Made by a program: the position numbers and the translations under genes. Shown piece after piece: positions 23,846 through 32,337 of a stretch of DNA of 32,337 nt (position 1 is the first letter of the stretch; every line of letters begins with the position of its first letter). The stretch is taken from assembly GCA_009602725.1 (NCBI GenBank), contig WELB01000017.1:562599-594935 (forward strand), read 5' to 3'. The stretch comes from Spirogloea muscicola. Taxonomy: Eukaryota. The notes below the pieces were generated by a model. It ran no database searches, had not been told where the DNA came from, and saw only the letters and a list, made by a program, of their open reading frames with translations.

Positions 23846-26800
23846 GTAGAGAAGAGAAGGCGCGCGGTGCGTATGAAATGAAAGGGAGGCTGATTCAGGC
23901 CAATACATAATTCAAATGGAAGGAAGAATAAGAATAAAAAAACTCTACAATTGACAGCAATGGCCGTGAGAGGCCAGCCCAAAGGAATCGACAAGGTCTG
24001 AAAGGGCTGGCCGTGCTCAGGTAAAGTGGCTCTCTCAAAGGGGGCCAAGAAAGAAAGTGCTCGCCCAGGGAGAAGAGAGGTTGGCAAAGCCAGCTCCCCA
24101 AAGAAAAAACTAGAGGACAATGTCCAAAGCCAAAAGAAGATGGTGCCGGAAAAGGACTACACTACAAAACAGGACGATGCAGAAGTAAGCTCAATATTAG
24201 CGAGTGAGCAACATCAAATCAGAGTAGCTCGCTGCAGGGAAAGAGGCACTCCGCCGGGAGACCCAGAGGCAGCAGCCATGGCACGGCCTGCTCGCATGCG
24301 GACGGCGTAGGCTAGGGAAGTGCTCGCCCATAGAGAAGAGAGGCTGGCAAAGCCAGCCCTTTAAAAAGGACAATGTCCAAAGCCAAAGAAAGAGGAGCCG
24401 GAAAAAGGACTACAAACAGAACACTGCAGAACACGTAGACGAGGCAGGGGGAAGCAGGAAAAGCGCGGCCAGATTGACTGGTGGCTGGGAAAGGCCAGCC
24501 CAAAGGAATGGACAAGGTCTGAGGGAGCCTGAGTGCGAACGACTAGGACTAAGACATAAGGGCGAGCAGCCCGGCTTCAACGTCGCCGGGTCCCTCGCTC
24601 AGGTGTTCCGTATGCGTTTGGCCGTCTCGCTGCAGCGGTCCCTTGCCTTCGCGGTTCACTTGCGCGCAGGCCGAGCTTTGGCAGCGGCCTCCGGCTTCCG
24701 TCAGGGCGATGTCTTTCCGCCAGCTAGCTGCATCTCTTGACTAGAGGTTACTGAGCGTTCCCTGCCTGATGTCTTAGGAAGCTCAGTACCCACGAGTGAG
24801 CAACATCAGGTCTGAGTAGCTCGCCGCAGGGAGTGGCACTCACTCCGCCGAGACCCAGAGGCGGCGGCCAGCACGGCCTGCTCGCGTGTGGACGGCGTGG
24901 GCAAGGGAGCGTTGAAACGATACCGCCAGGCGCATGCGGAAGACTTGGGCGAGCGAACCGGCGGCGTTGAAGCCGGGCAGCGCTCCTGGCAGACCCGGCC
25001 GCCGATCAATGGCCTGACCGGCAAGCCGCTGGAGGAGATCCAGCCAGCGGCTGCCGAACGCCCCATCAATCGCCAGGGCCGCGAATGCATCACCAACCGG
25101 GTGGGCGGCATATTTCGCTCCTTCCCCCGGGCCGCCTGGCCGACCGCGTGCCCTGCAAAAACGACGCCGATCTGGTGGGATTGGCGGAGTCGATGAGGTC
25201 GCTTGACACCACATCGGCGATGATGCGGGGACCGCCGCCGGGCGGGATGGCGACCAGGTCGGCGCGTCGGGTATGGGGCTGGCCGTCCGCGCCCAGCTGG
25301 ATGGGCATTATTGTGGAGTTCTCCACAGCCACCTTGAAGCCAGCCTCCTTACAACCCCCTGCATGCCATCTCGCATATTATAGAATGCGGCTCTCACTTA
25401 ATTTGCAGCGCTCGCAAGCATTGGCTCTTCATCAACGTGCAGGGCACGCTCTAAGTCAGGCCTCCGGCTTTCGTGGCGGCGCTCCAGCTCCCCAAGTTAG
25501 CTTGTCGGATTAGTTTGTGCTCACCTGTGGGTACTGTCACCTTAGGCACCTGAATTTCGGTCTCCGTATTATGTAGTCCTGTTTAGTTTGCCCTAGACTC
25601 TGCCTGAACAATGTATCGGCTTGAATTGGCCTCCATTTGATTTCATGCGCCCTGCGCGCCTTCTCTAGCAGGAGATCGTGGGAAGCGGTCCGCTCGCCCC
25701 TCGCAATGGAACATATACGCAGCCAGCTCCGCATGGTCAGCGTGACGGGCACCGAACTCGCACTGAGTGACGCCCACGAGGAAGGGAGGGAGGAGGCCCA
25801 AAAAAGGGAGCATTGGAACGAGACCGCCAGGCGCATACGGAGTACCTGGGCGAGCGAACTGGCGGCGTTAAAGCCGGGCATCGCCCCTGGCAGACCCGGC
25901 CGCCGATCACTGGCCTGACGGGCAAGCCGCTGGAGGAGATCCAGCCAGCGGCTGCCGAAAGCCCCCGTGTACATCTCATCGCCAGGGGTGCGAGATCATC
26001 ACCAACAGGGTGATCAGCGTATTGTGCTCGTTGCCTCGGGCCGCCAGGCCGACGGCGTGCCTGCCGTCGACGCCGATCTGGTGAGATCGGCGGAATCGAC
26101 GCAGTCAGTTGTAACCACATCGGCGATGCTGCGGGGACGTCGGCGGGCGGGATGGCGACCAGGTCGGCGCGTCGGGTGTGGAACTGGCCGTCCGCACCCT
26201 GCTGGATGGGCATTACTAAGGTATTTTCCACTTTCTGGCCTTCTTCTTTTCTGGCCGTGCTCTCGCTGCAGCCTCTGGCTTTCGCCAAGGGGATTGCTTT
26301 CCGGCAGCTAGTCTGTCGGATTTGAGGCTCCTCACTCGTCGCTACTGAGTGGTCCATCCTCCTCCCGTTTGGCATAGCGCTTTAGGCCCCTCCGTCATTT
26401 GGCCCTTTTGAGCCTTTGTCAATTCTTTTCGGGCTGGCATTTCACTGGCCCTTGCCCCCATCAGGAGAGCCAGTTCTTCTTCCCCACGGCCACCTTGAAG
26501 GCAAGGAGAGAAGGCGCGCGGGGCGCATGAATTGAAAGGGAGGCCAATTCAAGCCAATACATTTGTTCAGGCAGAGTCGAGTGCAGACTAAACAATGCTA
26601 CATAATACGGAGACCTAATCTAAGGTACCTAAGATGAAAGGGCGAACAGCCGGTACAAAGACAATTGACAAGGTCCGAAGTGGCCAAAAGCGGCGTTAGA
26701 AAGCTTGGATAGGATGGATGACTCAGTTACCACGAGTGAGGAGCCACAGAACTGAAAGAAAGAAGCGCATTGCTGGCCCCTTCGGACTATGTTCTTCTTT

Positions 26801-27008
26801 TCGGCAGCTTTATTCTTTTGGCTTTGGACATTGTTCCATCTTTTTGGGCTGGCTTTGTCAGCCCCTCTTCTTTATGGGCGAGCACTTGCTTTCGTGCTTC
26901 TAGCTCGAAAGTTTGTTAAGTTTGCCCTAGACTCTTGCCAGAACAATGTATCGACTTGAACTGGCCTCCATTTCATCTCATGCGCCCCGCGCGCCTTCTC
27001 TCTTTCTA
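23846..27008. mobile_element. Largest patchwork of CRE-like fragments (cluster 3) between the divergently transcribed HAD and SCI1-like genes
   Basis: A dozen or more pieces in alternating orientation. C-termini at ~24150-24310 (-), ~24555-24755 (+), 24783-25345 (-), 25373-25535 (+), 25813-26225 (-) and ~26250-26350 (+). CCHC piece at 25669-25803 (-). Type-A ends at 23852-23912, 25536-25666, 26506-26636 and 26918-27006. Type-B ends at ~24050-24100, 24316-24400 and 26770-26900. Confidence 0.9.
24783..25345 (-). mobile_element. Most complete restriction-like endonuclease (RLE) domain remnant, frameshifted
   Basis: AGFKVAVENSTIMP...HTRRADLVAIPPGGGPRIIADVV...K..KY..HPVGDAFAALAID.GAFGSRWLDLLQRL...RMRLAVSFQRS...TRGY*. 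This matches the R(P/A)D...D...KxxKY...RLSxxLQR layout of CRE-type RLE domains. Confidence 0.85.
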
Positions 27009-27223
27009 GCAGCTAAGTTCTCTGCAGCAGTAGCTTGCCCAGCACGCCCGGCCCGCTCGTCGCATCGCAAGGCGGGCAACGCTGCGCGGGCTCTCTGGCG
27101 GCGGCGGCGGCGGCGGCGGGCGACGACTACCACGGGGAGCGAGTCACAACCGGCGCACATCCGGCCGCCCTCTGGTTGTCACCCGCGCCTGGTCGGACAG
27201 CCGGCTCAGTGGTCGCTATTGGT

Positions 27224-29386
27224 ATGGAAGAGCGATCAGCGGAAGCATCCGCTGCGCCCGCTGGGATGAGCTCCTCGGAGGAGGACCGGGGCCACCGCCG
27301 GCGCCGGCACCGCTCTGCGCACGACGACGGCCTCGTCAAGCGGCGGAGAGCGAAAGGAGGCGAGGACGCAGCTCCTGCGCAAGAAGAACAGTCGCCGCCG
27401 GCCGCGGCCAGAAAGCGCAGAAGGGAGCGCGAGAAGACGAGCGATGGATCGGGCAGCGAAGGCAGCGCGAGCGGTGGCAGCAGCAGTGGGAGCGAGAGCT
27501 CCTCCGAAGGTGCTGTCTTGTGTCGTGGCGCTGCCGCAAGCGTCTGCCACATACATCACCCACGCCTGTCAGTCTGCCGAGCGCCCAGAGTTCTCTAACC
27601 ACCGCTGCAGCTGTTGCTCGCTGCCAATTCTACTCTGTAGTAGCTAAAAATAAGTAATGCTGACTAATACTGATTGGTGCACCGCATGGTCAGATTCTGG
27701 CAACTGCAGCCAGTACCTTTGAGTCTTGGCAATCTCTCTGGGTTCAGGGTTAGGATTTAGGGTTTAGGGTAATGTTACAGACTAGGAATGACTGGATTGC
27801 CGGTTTACCCTGCTTCTGAATTGAAGCTGGAGGATTAGTAAGAATGCTCAAGTACAGACCTGTGCTGCTGCTCTCTTGTGTCACAAAGATGAGAAGCGAA
27901 AGAAGCGAAAGAAGGATGAGAGACGACGAAGGAGGAGGGAAGAGAAGGAGGAGCGTAGAAGGAGGAGGAGTAAAAAGGAGGAGGACAGAAGCAGCGGAAA
28001 GAAGGTCAAGAAAGCTGACAAGCATCTAAAGAAGGATAAGGAAAAGCTACGTCTGCTTGGAGAGGCCAAAAAGTTCCTGCTAGGTAAGCGTCCTCAGTGG
28101 CTTGCTAGCCTTTTGTGAAGCAGGACTTGTGCACAACACATTCTAGGTGTATTGTATCTACCTTAAATACGGCTTTCCATGCAGGTATCATCAAGTTCAC
28201 AAGAGCTGCTATGTCGCCGTTGAGGTGCTCTAGAATTGTGGACGGAGGTGCGTATTACTTTTATCAAAACAGGTGTTCTTCCATGCGCTTATGTTGCCTC
28301 CTCCTGCCTGCTCAGATCATCAAGCTGAGCTTTCATCAAAGAGAGAACCTAGTCTCCCTTCTGTGGATCCAACAAAGGTATGACTGCTGACCCCAGCTTT
28401 TAGTGGCGGAAAATAATTGAAGGAGCCAACTTCAGGAATACATCAGCTGTTAATGGAGGTTGCCCTTTTTGTCTGCTCCTGCAGATTGAGAAAATTGCCG
28501 AGGACGACTATTTCATCAAGAATGCCGAATTTTCGACCTGGTTAAAAGAAGGTCGTGGCGTATACTTCTCAGACCTGTCCTCGGAGCAGACGCACAACCT
28601 TTTTCAAACTTTCACGACTCTCTGGAACTCTGGCCACCTGCCAGTGAAGTACTATGAAGGCATCGAGAAGGCACCACGTACAGCACATGCTTGGGCTATC
28701 AGAGGCAGAGGAGACAGTGGTGCACTTGGTAGGCTGATGATCACAACTGAAGCTCTGCAATTGCAGTAGGATTTAACTGTCCTGGAGATTAAGGTGTGCA
28801 GTTCTGTCTTGCACTGACCTTCAAGTGGATACTTCACCCTCTCTGCAGATGCTGCTGAGGAGGAAGATGGCAAGTTGGCCCAGAGGACATTTGATAAACG
28901 GGAGAGGAAGAAGGTGCAGAAGGAACACAATGTATCCATGGATGAGCTCCTGCCCAAGGCGACAGGAAGGGAAGCCCTGCTGGAGAAGAAAGCAATCCGA
29001 AGGGAGCAGTCCCGTGCCAGAGATGTGAGCCCAGAGCTCATGCGTGAGAAAGATCTGCTTGGCGGTGGCGATGACTTCCAGGCCAGGTACACTCCTGGAC
29101 ACTGTTGACGTGCCATCCATTTGTCAGCAGGCCAGCTTCTGAGCTGGCAAGTTACAGTTGCTTCTCGGTGGTCAGGCATTGAGAGGTCTGAATGGACTTC
29201 TTAACTCGCAGACTGGCACGAGAGAGGGCATGGCGGGAGAAGAAGGCTTCACAGAAGGTGGAAGCTTTGCAATCAAAGCAGGCAGATTTTCGAGACAAAG
29301 AGTCTGCCAAGATGGACATATTCAAGAGCATGGTGAATGCAGCCGGAGGCAGGATTGTGATACCAAAGCGAGCAAACCCTGGATGA
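27224..29386 (+). CDS. SCI1 (style cell-cycle inhibitor 1)-like K/R/E-rich nuclear protein, long form
   Basis: Exons 27224-27509, 27889-28083, 28316-28377, 28485-28728, 28849-29086 and 29212-29386 join in frame. Core EDDYFIKNAEFSTWLKE...YFSDLSSE...WNSGHL...YYEGIEKAPRTAHAW resembles plant SCI1, followed by DELLPKATGREALLEKK...GGGDDFQAR|LARER...IPKR. Confidence 0.85.
27743..27769 (+). repeat. Short interstitial telomere-like (TTTAGGG) tract in intron 1 of the SCI1-like gene
   Basis: TTCAGGG-TTAGGA-TTTAGGG-TTTAGGG. Confidence 0.6.
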
Positions 29387-31698
29387 TAGCACATCTTGGG
29401 GATAATATGTGCAACTTGCAACTTATGTTGCAGGGTGCAAGCCATTTTTCTGTAGGGTGAGCGAGGCAGTGCAGCAAGTGCGTCCCTGCAAGCCTTGCCT
29501 CGCTTACTCTTGCGACCTTCTAGGATCAAGGGTCATGGTGACATTTCTAGTAGTAGCTGCATTAGCTCTTGCCCAATCCTCCATGACTGTTGTGTTTGCT
29601 CTTGCTGCAATTAGTCTGCACGCTACCCTCCATGCCCGTGGATGGTAGAATGTGTATTGCTGTGAGAGGGCGGCGCACCCCTTGTGCAGGTCAGAGGCAG
29701 GTGACCTGAGAAGCAGGGAGCTGCTGGGAGCTTTTCCACTTCTGAAGGCAACTTCGCTGGGCCCAGGTCCCACAAGCCAGACAGTAATGCAAGGTGAATA
29801 CTTCACAATGGCGAGCACCTGTGCCACCGGGAGAAGAGCTGGGGCCAGATCGCCATTGATGAGTATGGTACTTGGCTGAACAAGCAGTTCGGCTGGGGGT
29901 TAAACAAGACTCAGCCCAGTAGACGGTGAGAATGCTGCCTCTTATAAGTGGGTGGCCCCGGGACATCAGACGCATTCTAAATCTAAGGGCAACACCGCCT
30001 GCTTCCATGCCTTAGCTATGGTTGCCACTCGTCCTGGGTGCCGGTGGAAGCTGTGGAACTCTTAATCAATGTCGAATGCACCTGTATTTGCGAGAGGGGC
30101 GTTCTCCTGGTCCTTTGTAGAGGGGCAGATGCCCAGCTGGTACACGGAGTGGGAGAGAGAAGCCGAGAAGCGGGGCCTGTATATATATAGACAGAGGTTC
30201 GACATCAACAATCGCCAGCTCTAAAGCTCTGGAAGTGCTGGTAGCTCAGAGTCCTTGCCCCCTTTATAGGAGCTTATTTCTTCTGGGCTGGCCTCTCTGA
30301 AAGAGCAGCAGCTAGTCCAAGGGGGGAAGAAGGCGCGCTATGGAATGTCAGCACATAACGAATGAACAAGGTCCAAAGGGGCCGAAAAGTGCTGAAACAC
30401 ACAACTAAGGCAAGTACCACGAAGGTTAGTCACTTAGTATCCTCTACCAAGAAGCCGCAAGTACAAACTTTAGCTGCCAAAAGCAGTCCTAGACGAAAGC
30501 CAGAGGCAGCAGCTAGAGCACGGCCAGCACGTAGATGAAAGGTGTGGGCCAAGGACTGCTCGAGGCGAATTGAACAGGTGCTTACAATGTACCTGTGCGA
30601 GGGAGCCAGCGGCGTTGAAGTCAGCCTGCTCGTCCCGCCTGTGGGACACAGCGCGGCGCGCGAGCCGTGTGAAAAGGTCCGACCATTGAGGCCCTAAAGC
30701 CCCCTGCACATCGGTGGCCAGTGGAGCGGATTCGTCCCCTTCCGCATGGTCCACGTACTTGCCTCTTTGCCGAGAGCGGCATGTGGTGCTGCATGCCCAG
30801 CCTTTGAGCACCCTGGATTGGGGCGATTCAACCTACGTCCGCAATGATGCGCGGGACTCCGCCCGGCGTGGTAGCCACCAGGTCTACCCTCCGCATATGG
30901 AGTCCGTCAGCCCTTGATGGGCATGATGGACGTATTTTCAATGCCCACTGTGTAGCCAGCCTCCAGGAATGCCAAACATTGCATCCCTGAGGAGGTCGTG
31001 AGCAACCGTTTGCTGGCCTCACATGCAGAGCGGAGGACATGCGCAGCCTGTTCCAATGAACCGCTACCGGTTCGCCACATTCAAACTACAGTACTACCAG
31101 AAGACAGGGCGAGGGAAGGCCCAGGAGGCGTTGGACGGCTGTGCGCAAATTCTCCTCTGCCTTCCGCAGGGCGTTGTTCAGTGGAAGAGCCAAGAGCGAG
31201 GCCGCCACGCCAGGTGAGGATGGCGACCGCACTGGGCTGTGAAAAGCCAGCCCGAAGAGAATGTAAGACTTGACAGAGGGCGATAGCTGTGATTGGCCAG
31301 CCCAGAGTTAAAGAACTTACGAAGTTCGAGGGGCCAGAAAAGCGTTAGAGCACAGCGACTCAAATTGCCACTGGGAGCTCAACATCCCCTAGTGAGCAGC
31401 CGAGACACCACGAAGCTCTTACAAGAGCTTCGTTTCTTTGGACCTTGTCCAATGTGTCTGGGCTGGTCATTCCTCCCGGCATTCCAGCGGCTAGTCTTTC
31501 TGACATGCGTCTCCCAACTAGTTTACTAAGGGATAATCCTACTGGGAAAGCTTTCCGAGAGCGCTTTTCGGCCCATTCAGACCTTGCCATTTCTTTTAAG
31601 GCTCGCTGTTCACAGAAACAGCTGTTCACAGCCCTCGCCCCCGCCGGAAGAGCTCACTACTTCGGGGGCCCTGCCCACTAACCCGGATGGCAGGCGCC

Positions 31699-31740
31699 AT
31701 CCGGGTCTGACGAGGGCGAAGCCGAAGCAGCTTACCCGAT
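31699..31740 (+). ncRNA. Degenerate type I hammerhead-ribozyme-like motif
   Basis: ATCCGGGT-CTGACGA-GGGCGAAGCC-GAAGCAGCTT-ACCCGAT gives a CUGANGA core, a short stem II, GAA, and stem I arms that can pair. The conserved GAAA reads GAAG and stem III/NUH is non-canonical. Confidence 0.35.
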
Positions 31741-32015
31741 CCCCCTTTTCTCGTACTTTGTTCATTCTTTTTTAGGCTGGCTTACCATGCCAGATGAGGT
31801 CTACAGGACGGCGGTCCATCGGCTCTTGGGAAGAAAGTGCTCGCCCCTTGAGGATAGGGGCTGGAAAAGCCAGCCCAAAAAAGAATCAACAAAGGACGAG
31901 AAGGGGGCCAGGGGAAACGCTAAGAAAAACAAGCACACAAAGAAACAAAGCAGCTACGGATCACTCGATAACCCCTGCTAAGCAACCTCAGGTCAGAGAC
32001 GCTAGGCTCCTGTTC

Positions 32016-32160
32016 TTTGGGCCTCCTCCCTCCCAGCCTCGTGGGTGTCACAGTGCGAGTGCGGCGCCCGTCACGCCGACCCTGCGGAGCTGGCCGCGCA
32101 CATGCTCCGTTGCGCGAACGGGGGCGAGCGGAGCGGCTCCCATGATCTCCTGCTCTATGG
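32016..32160 (+). mobile_element. CCHC zinc-knuckle fragment of the CRE-like element
   Basis: CECGARHADPAELAAHMLRCANGGERSGSHDLL (C-x-C...H-x3-C...HD). A homologous piece lies on the minus strand at 25669-25803. Confidence 0.8.
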
Positions 32161-32337
32161 AGGCTACGGCGTGAAATGGTCCTCCCTGATCCAGCATCTG
32201 GCCCGGCTGATTGATGCGCGTCGTCGAAGTCGGGGGGGCAGCTTGGGCCACTCCAGCATTCCGCAGGCCTTAGTTGCATATTATAGAATGCGGCTCTCGC
32301 TTAGTTTGCAGCGCTCGCAAGCATTGGCTCTTCATCA

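Larger units (their letters stand above)
30255..32337. mobile_element. Patchwork of CRE-like fragments (cluster 4), running off the window end
   Basis: Old decayed minus copy ~30430-31240 (LLALPLNNALRK...AVQRLLGLP...HDLL...RRVDLVATTPGGVPRIIADV...KYVDH...FNAAGSLAQV); 3'UTR pieces 31240-31470 and 31830-32005; LTMPDEVYRTAVHRLLG at ~31781-31831; CCHC piece ~32016-32160 (+); young C-terminal piece 32276-32337 (+). Confidence 0.85.

Noticed and set aside
14767..27006. Recurrent GAGAAGGCGCGCGG...GGCCAATTCAAGCC motif as a CRISPR repeat, tRNA or spliced-leader gene
   Set aside because: Irregular spacing, both orientations, divergent copies and direct continuity with the retroelement stop codon; no tRNA boxes or Sm site seen.
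29504..30008. Minus-strand ORFs as a gene or decayed N-terminal part of the retroelement
   Set aside because: Only vague resemblance; no motif I can support.
31637..31686. HDV-like ribozyme (7-bp GCCCCCG/CGGGGGC helix followed by CTAA)
   Set aside because: No P1.1 pairing, no P4 and an oversized L3 loop.

Overview
Eukaryotic, intron-rich genomic DNA. The plant-like protein families, GT-AG introns and CpG-rich gene 5' ends suggest a streptophyte green alga (inference). Six spliced genes can be built by hand: two convergent paralogs of a plant-type alpha-1,6-fucosyltransferase-like (GT23-like) family, EMG1/NEP1, a USP-domain protein, a HAD/NT5C-like nucleotidase and a long-form SCI1-like protein. 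The other main component is a CRE-clade-like non-LTR retrotransposon family (RT, CCHC knuckle, restriction-like endonuclease). It appears as an uninterrupted ~500-codon RT frame at 1-1503 (minus strand, missed by the ORF track) and as four dense patchworks of short, mostly 3'-end fragments in both orientations. Three patchworks and the RT copy lie upstream of gene 5' ends, and the fourth runs off the window end; none was seen in introns or convergent spacers. The fragments carry two different 3' termini with pyrimidine tails, and several 3' junctions fall on CTAGC. Other oddities: single in-frame TGA codons in two otherwise intact genes, a frameshift in the HAD first exon, a ~134-bp tandem repeat, a degenerate hammerhead-like motif and two assembly gaps. 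All homology calls come from motif recognition, not database searches.
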